A stretch of DNA of 64,000 bases from Burkholderiales bacterium (lineage in GTDB: Bacteria > Pseudomonadota > Gammaproteobacteria > Burkholderiales > Ga0077523), in assembly GCA_019745565.1 (NCBI GenBank), contig JAIESW010000053.1:2024-66023 (forward strand), written 5' to 3'. Shown piece after piece: positions 27,202-35,995 of the stretch. The position numbers and the translations under genes were made by a program. Position 1 is the first letter of the stretch. Each line of letters opens with the position of its first letter. The notes below the pieces were generated by a model, which saw nothing but the letters and a program-made list of their open reading frames with translations, was not told the origin of the DNA and ran no database searches.

Positions 27202-27915
27202 GTGAGTCCCGTCCCGCTCGTTCTCGTCCCCGGCCTGTTGTGCGATGCAGCTCTGTGGGCGCCGCAGATCGCGGCGCTGCACGAGGTCGCGCAGTGCTGG
27301 GTCGCCGACGTGACGCGCGACGACACCATGGAGGCTATGGTGCAACGGGTCCTCGAAGAGGTGCCGTTCGAGCGCTTCGCGCTGGCCGGCCTGTCGATGG
27401 GCGGCATGATCTCGCTCGCCATGGTGCGCGCTGCACCGCACCGCGTGCAGAAGCTGGCGTTGCTCGACACCAACGCCCGACCCGACACGCCCGAGCGCTC
27501 GCGCGAGCGCATGACGTTCGTGGCGCGGGCGGAGCAGGAGGGCGGCTTCGGCACGATCCATCGCCTGATGATGGCGCGTCTCGTGCACCCCGCACGCCAG
27601 ACCGAAGCCGTGCTGATCCGGTCCATCGAAGCCATGGCCGATCGGGTCGGCGTGCCCGGCTATCGCAATCAGCAGCTCGCCGTGATGGGGCGGCCCGATG
27701 CCCGTCCCGGCCTCGGCGCGATCACCTGCCCCACGCTGGTATTGTGCGGCCGTGAGGACATCCTCACCCCGCTCGAATTGCACGAGGAGATGGCGGCCCT
27801 GATCCCGGGGGCCGAACTGGTCATCGTGGAACACTGCGGACACATGAGCACCCTGGAGCAGCCCGATGCGGTGAACGCGGCGCTGCGTTCCTGGCTCGGG
27901 CCCGTGGCGCGATGA
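27202..27915 (+). CDS. Alpha/beta-fold hydrolase
   Basis: GLSMGG nucleophile elbow and a C-terminal EHCGHM histidine context. GTG start. Confidence 0.8.
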   Translation: MSPVPLVLVPGLLCDAALWAPQIAALHEVAQCWVADVTRDDTMEAMVQRVLEEVPFERFALAGLSMGGMISLAMVRAAPHRVQKLALLDTNARPDTPERSRERMTFVARAEQEGGFGTIHRLMMARLVHPARQTEAVLIRSIEAMADRVGVPGYRNQQLAVMGRPDARPGLGAITCPTLVLCGREDILTPLELHEEMAALIPGAELVIVEHCGHMSTLEQPDAVNAALRSWLGPVAR

Positions 27916-28223
27916 GGACTCCGGCGCTCACGCTGCTCGCGATCCTCGGAGCGATCGCCGGAGGCGCCGAGGCGGCCGACCGTGACGTCACGGCACACCT
28001 GCAGCATTGCGCCGACTGCCATGGCGCCGATGGGCGGTCGAGCGCGCTGCCGGCGAACGGCCGCATCGCCGGGCAGCACCGCGAGTACCTCGTCTACATC
28101 CTCAAGCAGTACCGCACCGGCGGCATAAGAGGTGTGAACAGCGGCATCATGTCCAACGCCGTGCGCCATCTCGACGACGCCGACATCGAAGCCATCGCGC
28201 AGCACTACAGCACGTTACCCTGA
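27912..28223 (+). CDS. Monohaem class I cytochrome c (c4-half-like)
   Basis: Signal peptide, CADCH haem motif, GQHREYLVYILKQYRTG. ATGA overlap with the hydrolase stop. Confidence 0.8.
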   Translation: MRTPALTLLAILGAIAGGAEAADRDVTAHLQHCADCHGADGRSSALPANGRIAGQHREYLVYILKQYRTGGIRGVNSGIMSNAVRHLDDADIEAIAQHYSTLP

Positions 28224-28238
28224 AGGGAGTCTGGTTCG

Positions 28239-28712
28239 ATGGCGATCTCGTTCACGCTCAACGACAGACCGATGGCGCTGACCATCGACGAGGAAACGCC
28301 GCTGCTGTGGGCGCTGCGCGACACGCTCGGGATGACGGGCACCAAGTACGGCTGCGGCCGCGGCTTGTGCGGCTGCTGCACCGTGCTGATCGAAGGCGAG
28401 GCCGCGCGGTCTTGCCAGGTCCCCATGGCTGCGCTGAAGGGATTGCGCGTGCATACCATCGAATGGCTCGCGGCCCGGCCGAACAACGCCGTGTTCAAGG
28501 CGTGGCAGGAGATCGACGTGCCGCAGTGCGGATACTGCCAGCCGGGCCAGATCATGAGCGCGACGTCGCTGCTGCTGAAGCGCGACAAGGTGACGGACGA
28601 GGACATCGATGCGGTCATGTCCGGCGTGCTCTGCCGCTGCGGCACCTATCCGCGGATCCGCGCCGCGATCCACCGCGCGGCTGCGATCCGAGCGGCCGAG
28701 AAGAAATCGTGA
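28239..28712 (+). CDS. (2Fe-2S)-binding small subunit of the xanthine dehydrogenase / IorA family
   Basis: CGRGLCGCCTV and QCGYCQPGQIM cluster motifs. 157 aa. I see no signal peptide. Confidence 0.9.
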   Translation: MAISFTLNDRPMALTIDEETPLLWALRDTLGMTGTKYGCGRGLCGCCTVLIEGEAARSCQVPMAALKGLRVHTIEWLAARPNNAVFKAWQEIDVPQCGYCQPGQIMSATSLLLKRDKVTDEDIDAVMSGVLCRCGTYPRIRAAIHRAAAIRAAEKKS

Positions 28713-29032
28713 AGTCCGTCTGGGCGTCGGTGGCGCTCGCGCTGGCCGCCGGCGGGGCCGCGGCTGAAGCGACCCGCGGTGATCCGCGGCGCGGCCTCGA
28801 ACTCTCCGTCTCGTGCGCCTCCTGCCATGAAGGCGACGGCCGTTCGCTCGGATACCGACTCTACCCGCGCATCGCCGGGCAGAACTACGAATACCTGGTC
28901 AACGCGCTCACCGAGTTCCGCCGCCGGGAGCGGCATCAGGCGTATGCATTCCAGATGTGGGACCCGACGCTCCATCTGACCGATCAGGACGTGCGGGATC
29001 TCGCCGCGTTCTACGCGAGGCTTCCCTGGTAG
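28709..29032 (+). CDS. Monohaem class I cytochrome c (second c4-half-like)
   Basis: The GTG overlaps the upstream stop (GTGA). Signal peptide, CASCH, GQNYEYLVNALTEFRR. Confidence 0.75.
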   Translation: MKSVWASVALALAAGGAAAEATRGDPRRGLELSVSCASCHEGDGRSLGYRLYPRIAGQNYEYLVNALTEFRRRERHQAYAFQMWDPTLHLTDQDVRDLAAFYARLPW

Positions 29033-29128
29033 CGCGTTGCCGCGTTCCCGGGCGCGTGCTATAACCCCGCGCCCTGCACATGGCGGCAGCGCCACGACGC
29101 ACGCCGCCACACCTACCCGGAGGAAGTG

Positions 29129-30331
29129 ATGCCTGCCGTATCCAACCGCGCGCTCCATCTCGGCACGGAGAACGCGTTCGTCGTGCTAGCCGAAGTCAAC
29201 GCGCGGATCCGCGCCGGCCACGACGTGATCTCGTTCTGCATCGGGCAGCCGGACTTCCCGACGCCGGGAAACATCCAGGATGCGGCGGTCGCGGCGATCC
29301 GCGGGGGCAAGCATGGCTATACGCCGTCGGCCGGCATCGACGAACTGCGTCAGGCGATCGCGGCCGACATCCGGCGCACGCGCGGACTCGAGGTGGAGCC
29401 GTCCGACGTGGTGGTGGGGGCGGGCGCGAAGCCGTTCATCGGTTATAGCGTGCTGTCCACCACGGACTACGGTGCGGGCGACGAGGTGATCTACCCGAAT
29501 CCGGGCTTCCCGATCTACGACTCGCAGATCCGCGTGAATGGTGCGGTGCCGGTCCCGATCAGCCTGCGCGAGTCGCGGCAGTTCAACTTCGATCCGAACG
29601 AACTCGCCGACCGCATCACGCCGAAGACGAAGCTGCTGATCCTCAATTCGCCGCAGAATCCCACCGGTGGCATCATCCCGCGCGCCGAGATGGAAGCCAT
29701 CGCCGAGATATTGCGCCGGCACGAGCAGGTCTGGGTGTTCGCGGACGAGATCTACGGACGCCTCGTGTACGAGGGCGAGTTCGTATCGATCGCGACGCTG
29801 CCGGGCATGCTCGAGCGCACCATCATCTCCGACGGCTGCTCGAAGACCTGGGCGATGACCGGCTGGCGCCTCGGATTCGTCGCGAACCGCAAGCTTGCCC
29901 CGTACCTCACGACCTGGATCACCAACACCGAGTCGTGCGCATCGCAGATCAGCCAATGGGCTGCGGTCGAAGCGCTGAACGGCCCGCAGACCGAGGCGAA
30001 GCGCATGCGCGACATCTTCCTGCAGCGTCGCGACCTGATCGTGAAGCTGCTGAACGGAGTCCCGGGCGTGACGTGCCAGTCGCCCGGTGGCGCGTTCTAC
30101 GCGTGGCCCAACGTCACCGAAGCGTGCCGCATGATCGGTGCCGCGGACTCGGAAGAATTCCGCAAGCGCCTGCTGAGCGAAGCCGGCGTCGCGGTGCTCG
30201 CGGACATCCATTTCGGTCCGCGTGTGCAGGGCGAAGGACAGCACATCCGCTTCAGCTATGCCGCCTCGACCGAAGCGATCGAGAAGGGCATCGGACGGAT
30301 GGCGGACTTCGTGCGCAGGAACACGCGCTAG
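29129..30331 (+). CDS. Class I/II PLP-dependent aminotransferase (aspartate aminotransferase-like)
   Basis: GGAGGAAG upstream of the start. SDGCSKTWAMTGWRLGF lysine motif. Confidence 0.9.
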   Translation: MPAVSNRALHLGTENAFVVLAEVNARIRAGHDVISFCIGQPDFPTPGNIQDAAVAAIRGGKHGYTPSAGIDELRQAIAADIRRTRGLEVEPSDVVVGAGAKPFIGYSVLSTTDYGAGDEVIYPNPGFPIYDSQIRVNGAVPVPISLRESRQFNFDPNELADRITPKTKLLILNSPQNPTGGIIPRAEMEAIAEILRRHEQVWVFADEIYGRLVYEGEFVSIATLPGMLERTIISDGCSKTWAMTGWRLGFVANRKLAPYLTTWITNTESCASQISQWAAVEALNGPQTEAKRMRDIFLQRRDLIVKLLNGVPGVTCQSPGGAFYAWPNVTEACRMIGAADSEEFRKRLLSEAGVAVLADIHFGPRVQGEGQHIRFSYAASTEAIEKGIGRMADFVRRNTR

Positions 30332-30391
30332 AAGCGCACTGCGAACTGTTGCTTCCTGGAGATTGCCAGGCAGCGGAGTGCTCGGCAGTCA

Positions 30392-30428
30392 TTGACGCCT
30401 GGCTTGTGAATACGAATAATTCGTATTC
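30392..30428 (+). promoter_or_regulatory. Sigma70-like promoter overlapped by a 21-bp palindromic Fur-like box
   Basis: TTGACG 30392-30397, 17-nt spacer, AATAAT 30415-30420. Palindrome GAATACGAATAATTCGTATTC at 30408-30428. Confidence 0.5.
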
Positions 30429-30488
30429 GATATCCTAACAACTATAGCCCAGGCAAGCTTCGGCCTACCCAGGTCGTCCGGGAGCGTC

Positions 30489-30608
30489 ATGTTCTGCGTT
30501 CCGCAACATATTGAGTCGAAAGACTTGCTTCAAGAACGCAGGGCGTGCGGTGACCAGCATGCCTCGATGATTCGAGGCGACGACACGGGTTTGCCCGCGC
30601 CATCGTGA
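30489..30608 (+). CDS. Possible 39-codon leader ORF coupled to tonB
   Basis: GGGAG lies 4 nt before ATG 30489. Open frame MFCVPQHIESKDLLQERRACGDQHASMIRGDDTGLPAPS. Its TGA overlaps the tonB GTG (GTGA). No recognisable family. Confidence 0.3.
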   Translation: MFCVPQHIESKDLLQERRACGDQHASMIRGDDTGLPAPS

Positions 30609-31402
30609 TTTCTCCGTCTGCCCCGCACTTTTCCCGTTCGACCTTCGCCGGCGTCGTTGCCGCCCACGTGGCCGTGGCGGGCGCATTGTTCGCGTGGTCC
30701 TTCCACCTGCGACCGGCCGAGCCGCCGCCGCTCATGGTGACGCTGATGTCCGCGCCACCCGAGCCGGACGTCCTCCTCTCTCCCATGCCGGTGGCATCGG
30801 AACCCGTGGTGCGGCCGGAACCGAAGCCGCAGGTGCAGCCGAAACCGGAACCGAAGGTGGTCAGGCAGGAGCCGGTGCCCCAACCGGTGCCCGAGACTCG
30901 GCCGGTACAACCCGAACCCGCGGTGCAACCGCCGCCCCCGCCCGTCCCCGAACCGCCGAAGCCGGTTGCCGACGTGCCGACGCCGCCGGCACCCGCACCC
31001 CGACCGGAAGTGGTTGCAGCCGCGCCCGCGGAAGTGCCGCGCGCGCCGCCTCCACCGCCGCGACCCGTGCCGGTGGCCGAGCCGCCGACGCAGGTGACGG
31101 CGACGACCGATGCCGACGCCGCCGTGCAGGCCTGGAAGGCGGATTACCTGCGCAACCCGAAGCCGGTCTATCCCAACGCATCGAGGCGGCTCGGCGAACG
31201 CGGGGTCGTGCTGCTGCGCGTGCTGGTGACCGCCACCGGCGAACCGGCGAAGGTCGACCTCAAGAAGACCTCCGGCTATGCGCGCCTCGACGAATCGGCG
31301 CTGGAAGCGGTGCGCAACTGGAAATTCGTGCCTGCCCGGCTCGGCGAGAAGCCGGTCGAGGCTTGGGTAGTGGTTCCGATCGAATTCTCACTCAAAGGAT
31401 AG
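30605..31402 (+). CDS. tonB: Energy transducer TonB
   Basis: N-terminal anchor with His (VVAAHVAVAG), long Pro-rich spacer (EPKPQVQPKPEPK, PPPPPVPEPPKP) and a C-terminal TonB domain (YPNASRRLGERGVVLLRVLV). Confidence 0.85.
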   Translation: MISPSAPHFSRSTFAGVVAAHVAVAGALFAWSFHLRPAEPPPLMVTLMSAPPEPDVLLSPMPVASEPVVRPEPKPQVQPKPEPKVVRQEPVPQPVPETRPVQPEPAVQPPPPPVPEPPKPVADVPTPPAPAPRPEVVAAAPAEVPRAPPPPPRPVPVAEPPTQVTATTDADAAVQAWKADYLRNPKPVYPNASRRLGERGVVLLRVLVTATGEPAKVDLKKTSGYARLDESALEAVRNWKFVPARLGEKPVEAWVVVPIEFSLKG

Positions 31403-31406
31403 CTCC

Positions 31407-32156
31407 ATGACGAACGACAATCCCTACGGCGTCAACGCGCTGCTCGCCCAGGGCGACGCGGTCGGCCTGCTGGTGCTGCTGATCCTCGGCGCGATGTCGG
31501 TCGCGACGTGGTATCTCATCGTCTACAAATCGGTCAGCAACCGGCGCATGGGCAAGCGCATCCAGACCTTCATGGCGCAGTTCTGGGGCGCGCCGTCGAT
31601 CGAGACCATCGCGGCGGAACTGTCGCGGCAATCGCCGGAGGAACCCTTCGGACGCGTCGCCGCCCAGGGCATGGAAGCACGGCAGCACTATCGCCGTTCC
31701 GTGTCGGCCGGACTGGTCGATGCCGGCGGCCAGGGCGAGTTCCTCACGCGGTCGATCCGGCGCGCCATCATCCGCGAAGCGGGCGCGCTCGAGTTCGGGC
31801 TGTCGGTGCTGGCCTCCATCGGCAGCACCGCACCGTTCGTGGGACTGTTCGGGACCGTGTGGGGCATCTATCACGCGCTGATCGGCATCGGCGCGAGCGG
31901 CGCTGCGACCCTCGACGCGGTCGCGGGGCCCGTCGGCGAAGCGCTGATCATGACTGCCGCGGGTCTGTTCGTCGCGATCCCGGCGGTGCTCGCGCACAAC
32001 GCATTCGCTCGCGGCAACCGCACCGTGCTGGCGGAACTGGACGGCTTCGCCCACGACCTGCACGCGTTCCTCACCACCGGCGCCAAGCTGGACAGCGGCG
32101 GCTTCGTCGATCCGGCCAAGCGCGTCGAGGTCCGCTCCGTTCCCAAGGCTGCCTAA
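31407..32156 (+). CDS. exbB: MotA/TolQ/ExbB proton-channel protein
   Basis: 249 aa with SIGSTAPFVGLFGTVWGI and GEALIMTAAGLFVAIPA motifs. Confidence 0.9.
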   Translation: MTNDNPYGVNALLAQGDAVGLLVLLILGAMSVATWYLIVYKSVSNRRMGKRIQTFMAQFWGAPSIETIAAELSRQSPEEPFGRVAAQGMEARQHYRRSVSAGLVDAGGQGEFLTRSIRRAIIREAGALEFGLSVLASIGSTAPFVGLFGTVWGIYHALIGIGASGAATLDAVAGPVGEALIMTAAGLFVAIPAVLAHNAFARGNRTVLAELDGFAHDLHAFLTTGAKLDSGGFVDPAKRVEVRSVPKAA

Positions 32157-32157
32157 C

Positions 32158-32577
32158 ATGGCCTTCGGCGGATTCGACCGTCACGAGGTCGACCGGCCCA
32201 CGCCGGAGATCAACATGGTGCCGCTGATCGACGTCATGCTGGTGCTCCTCATCATCTTCATCGTCACCGCGCCGCTGCTGACGCATGCGATCAAGATCCA
32301 GCTGCCCACCGCGTCGAACCAGGTCAACCTGGAGAAGCCGGAGACCGTCACCTTGTCGCTCAACGCGGCCGGTGCGGTGTTCTGGAACGACAAGCCGGTG
32401 GAGGAGGCGCAGTTGCCGGCGCTGTTTGCCGAAGCCGCTGCGCACAAGCCGCAGCCCGAGCTCCACCTGCGCGCCGAGAAGACCACCGAGTACCAGCGCG
32501 TGGCCGAGGTGATGGCGATGTCGCAGCGGGCCGGGCTGACGCGAGTCGGGTTCATCACCGAGCCGCTGCATCGATGA
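32158..32577 (+). CDS. exbD: Biopolymer transport protein ExbD
   Basis: INMVPLIDVMLVLLIIF anchor. 139 aa. Confidence 0.9.
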   Translation: MAFGGFDRHEVDRPTPEINMVPLIDVMLVLLIIFIVTAPLLTHAIKIQLPTASNQVNLEKPETVTLSLNAAGAVFWNDKPVEEAQLPALFAEAAAHKPQPELHLRAEKTTEYQRVAEVMAMSQRAGLTRVGFITEPLHR

Positions 32578-32768
32578 GCGATGCGCTGGACAAGTCGACG
32601 CCAACGGCGTCGACGCTAACGAACGCCGCGCCGCGGGAAGCGCCGCCGCGGCGCGTGCTCGAAAGCCGCGAGCTTTTCGCGGGCGGGCACGAGCTGCACA
32701 TCGAGCACAACGGGTTTCTCTACACGTTGCGTCTCACGAGCAAGGGCAAGCTGATCCTCACGAAATGA
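32574..32768 (+). CDS. hemP: Hemin-uptake protein HemP/HmuP family
   Basis: 64 aa ending ELFAGGHELHIEHNGFLYTLRLTSKGKLILTK. Overlaps the exbD stop. Confidence 0.8.
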   Translation: MSDALDKSTPTASTLTNAAPREAPPRRVLESRELFAGGHELHIEHNGFLYTLRLTSKGKLILTK

Positions 32769-32871
32769 AGTGGCGTGCGGCGTGCCGCACGCGTCGCACC
32801 GCGCAGCAATATCGAGCGAGCCAACCGGGTCGTTTCCGGATAGCCAGCGTTGACTATCACAGGGAGTGACC

Positions 32872-35208
32872 ATGAAAAGAAAACAGATGTTGCGGCCGCT
32901 CGCGGCTGCGTTGGCGGAACTCGGCTCACGTCGCACCGGCGGAATCACCGCCCACACCATTCCGCCCAGGCAGGTGGTCCGTGAGGAACCGGTCGCGCGC
33001 GCGCGCACGGCGTGGCTGCCGTTGGGCGCGATGCTGACCGGCGTGGCTTTCGCGCCTGCTGCAGCGCTTGCGCAGGATGACGCCGCCAAGGCGAAGGCCA
33101 AGGACGAGACCGTGCTGCCGGCGGTGAAGGTCGAGGACTCCAGCGTGATCGACTCCGACAGCTATCAGGGCGGCAAGACCCGCATCGGCAAGACCAATCA
33201 GCTGGCGAAGGACATTCCGCAATCCGTCACCATCGTGCCGGAGAAGCTGATCGTCGAGCGCAATGCCGACACACTGAAGGAAGCTCTGCGCAACGTCGCC
33301 GGGCTCACCTTCAATGCCGCGGAAGGCGGCCGGATCGGCGACAACATCACGCTCCGCGGCTACAGCGCGGTCGGCGATCTGTACCTCGACGGCATGCGCG
33401 ACGTGGCCCAGTACAACCGCGACACCTTCAACCTGCAGCAGATCGACGTCCTGCGCGGATCGGCCTCCATGATCTTCGGCCGCGGCTCGACCGGTGGCGT
33501 CATCAACCAAGTGAGCAAGGTACCGATGCTGCAGGATGCGGGCCGCGTCGCGATGACCGTGGGCAGTTTCGACTACCGCCGCGTCACTGCCGACGTCAAC
33601 CAGAAGGTGGGCGACAACGCGGCCATCCGGGTGAACGCCATGCTCACCAACTCCGACAGCTTCCGCGACTATGCGAGCACCGATCGCAAGGGCGTTGCGC
33701 CGTCGGTGTCGTGGGGCATCGGCACCAAGAACGAATTCATCATGTCGCTGTACCACCTCGAGTACAACGACCTGCCCGACTACGGCATCCCGATCGTGAA
33801 CCAGCCCTACGGCAAGCCGATCAACGTGCCGCTCAACACCTTCTACGGGCTGGCCGGCACCAACTACCAGAAGGACAGCGCCGACATCATGACCGGCGGC
33901 TGGATCCATCGCTTCGACGAGAAGACCGAGGTGAAGACCGTGATCCGTCGCGGCCAGTACCAGCGGGATCTGCGCGCAGTTGCGCCGAGCACGGGCAATG
34001 CGCAGATCATCACCGATGCGACGACGGTGAACCGCGGACGACAGGCCCGCGGGGCGAACGAGACGTCGACCACCTTGCAGTCGGACCTCACGACGAACTT
34101 CGACGCGCTCGGCATGAAGCACTTCGTGCTCGCGGGCACCGAGCTGATCCGCGAGACCGCGGAACGCTGGAGCTATGCCAATGCGAACACGACGCCGACG
34201 GCGCCGGGCGATCCGGCGACGACGGTCGGCAACCCCAACGCGTTCCCGACGCTGCCGGCCAACTACAACAACTCCTACTTCAAGGTGAATCCGCAGAATT
34301 TCACCGCGAGCACGATCGGGCTGTACGCGCAGGACATCCTGGAGCTCACCAAGCAATGGAAGGTGGTGCTCGGTGCGCGTTGGGATCACTTCGATGCCGA
34401 CTACGCGACGATCAGCTCGACCACCGCGACGCTGGGGCAGCAGACCAACTTCTCGCGCCGCGACCGCGTGTGGAGCTATCGCGGCGGCATCATGTACCAG
34501 CCGACCGATCTGTCGACCTACTACGTGTCGTACGGCACCTCGTTCATCCCGTCGGCGGACCTGTATGCGCTCGACGCACGCACGACCAACACGCCGCCGG
34601 AGAAGAGCCGCAACATCGAGGCCGGCGCCAAGTGGGAGCTGTTCGACGGCAACCTGTCGGCGCGTACCGCCATCTTCCGCACCGAGAAGACCAACGAGCG
34701 CAACACCGACCTCGCGCTGCCGGACATCGCCTTGCTGTCGGGCCGACGCCACACCGACGGGATCGAACTGGAGGCAGCCGGTCGCATCACGCGCAACTGG
34801 GAGGTCTTTGCCGCCGTCGCGTTCATGCGCGCGGAGATCGACGAGCAGATCAACCCCTATGGGGTGGGGCTGCGGCCGCAGAACACGCCGCCCTACACCG
34901 GTACGCTCTGGACCACCTACAATCTCGGCAAAGGGTGGAAGATCGGGGGTGGCGTCGACTTCGTGGGAGACCGGCTCGGCTATGCGATCGGCAACACGGT
35001 GCCCTACCAGCCGCCGACGATCCGCATGGTGGAGTCCTACGTGCGGGCCGATGCGATGCTGTCGTACGATCAACCGAGCTACGGCGTGCGGCTCAATGTC
35101 TTCAACCTGTTCGACACCAAGTACTACGAATCGATCTATACGAACGGGCCGTTCGCCTATCCCGGAACGCCGCGAGCGGTGCAAGTTACCTTGACCTTGA
35201 AGTGGTGA
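32872..35208 (+). CDS. TonB-dependent siderophore receptor (Fiu/PiuA-like by context)
   Basis: GGGAG upstream of ATG 32872. Signal peptide ...APAAALAQ, TonB-box-like ETVLPAVKV, plug motifs (TLRGY, IDVLRGSASMIFGRGSTGG) and a terminal aromatic (W). Confidence 0.9.
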   Translation: MKRKQMLRPLAAALAELGSRRTGGITAHTIPPRQVVREEPVARARTAWLPLGAMLTGVAFAPAAALAQDDAAKAKAKDETVLPAVKVEDSSVIDSDSYQGGKTRIGKTNQLAKDIPQSVTIVPEKLIVERNADTLKEALRNVAGLTFNAAEGGRIGDNITLRGYSAVGDLYLDGMRDVAQYNRDTFNLQQIDVLRGSASMIFGRGSTGGVINQVSKVPMLQDAGRVAMTVGSFDYRRVTADVNQKVGDNAAIRVNAMLTNSDSFRDYASTDRKGVAPSVSWGIGTKNEFIMSLYHLEYNDLPDYGIPIVNQPYGKPINVPLNTFYGLAGTNYQKDSADIMTGGWIHRFDEKTEVKTVIRRGQYQRDLRAVAPSTGNAQIITDATTVNRGRQARGANETSTTLQSDLTTNFDALGMKHFVLAGTELIRETAERWSYANANTTPTAPGDPATTVGNPNAFPTLPANYNNSYFKVNPQNFTASTIGLYAQDILELTKQWKVVLGARWDHFDADYATISSTTATLGQQTNFSRRDRVWSYRGGIMYQPTDLSTYYVSYGTSFIPSADLYALDARTTNTPPEKSRNIEAGAKWELFDGNLSARTAIFRTEKTNERNTDLALPDIALLSGRRHTDGIELEAAGRITRNWEVFAAVAFMRAEIDEQINPYGVGLRPQNTPPYTGTLWTTYNLGKGWKIGGGVDFVGDRLGYAIGNTVPYQPPTIRMVESYVRADAMLSYDQPSYGVRLNVFNLFDTKYYESIYTNGPFAYPGTPRAVQVTLTLKW

Positions 35209-35279
35209 CCCGCCGCGCCGGCGCTTGCATTCAACGGAAGCGGCGGCGCGAACCGACTGCCTGAGCCACACCTGCCATC

Positions 35280-35963
35280 ATGATGCTGCACGTTCCCCAG
35301 GCCATCTCGCTCGAGGCGGTCAAGCGCATCCGCCGGTTGATCGACGCGGCGTCCTGGGCGGACGGGCGCATCACGGCCGGTACCCAGTCGGCCCAGGTCA
35401 AGAACAACCGGCAGCTGCCGGAGGATTCACCGGCTTCGCGCGACGCACGCCTGATCGTGCTGGACGAGTTGGGCAAGAGCGCGCTGTTCTTCTCGGCGGC
35501 TCTGCCGAAGCGTATCTATCCGCCATTGTTCAACCGGTACGAAGGTGCGGCCAACTCCTTCGGCAACCACGTCGACAACGCGGTACGTACGTTTGCACCG
35601 ACCGGCGAGAACGTCCGCACCGACCTGTCGGCCACGCTGTTCCTGTGCGATCCCGACGACTACGACGGCGGCGAGTTGATGGTGCAGGACACCTACGGCG
35701 CGCATTCAGTGAAGCTGCCCGCGGGCGACCTGATCCTCTACCCGGCCGCGAGCCTGCATCGCGTCGAGCCGGTCACGCGCGGTGCGCGGATCGCGTCGTT
35801 CTTCTGGATCCAGAGCATGATCCGCGACGTGGAACGGCGCCGCCTCCTGTTCGAGATGGACATGGCCATCCTGCAGCTGCGGCAGACCCAGGGCGAGACC
35901 GAGCCCGTGGTGTCACTGGTGGCGTGCTATCACAACCTGATGCGGATGTGGGCCGAGCTCTAG
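35280..35963 (+). CDS. piuC: PKHD-type Fe(II)/2OG hydroxylase (PiuC/YbiX family)
   Basis: 227 aa with FGNHVDNAV (HxD) and [26 protein letters not shown] motifs. Confidence 0.9.
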   Translation: MMLHVPQAISLEAVKRIRRLIDAASWADGRITAGTQSAQVKNNRQLPEDSPASRDARLIVLDELGKSALFFSAALPKRIYPPLFNRYEGAANSFGNHVDNAVRTFAPTGENVRTDLSATLFLCDPDDYDGGELMVQDTYGAHSVKLPAGDLILYPAASLHRVEPVTRGARIASFFWIQSMIRDVERRRLLFEMDMAILQLRQTQGETEPVVSLVACYHNLMRMWAEL

Positions 35964-35995
35964 CGGTTGCCGGGGAAAGAGGTTCGCCTTACGGC

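Noticed and set aside
28007-29032. 341-aa ORF spanning the cytochrome c / 2Fe-2S region, and the 344-aa ORF at 14992-16026 spanning a permease gene.
   Set aside because: Only the last ~107 and ~64 codons respectively make biological sense (signal peptide plus CASCH; small membrane protein). The upstream parts are out-of-frame read-through of real genes.
32773-32792. G/C inverted repeat gcgtgcggc/gccgcacgc right after hemP, as a terminator.
   Set aside because: The loop is only 2 nt unless the stem opens, and there is no T-run. It is mentioned under the iron-cluster finding but not called as a feature.
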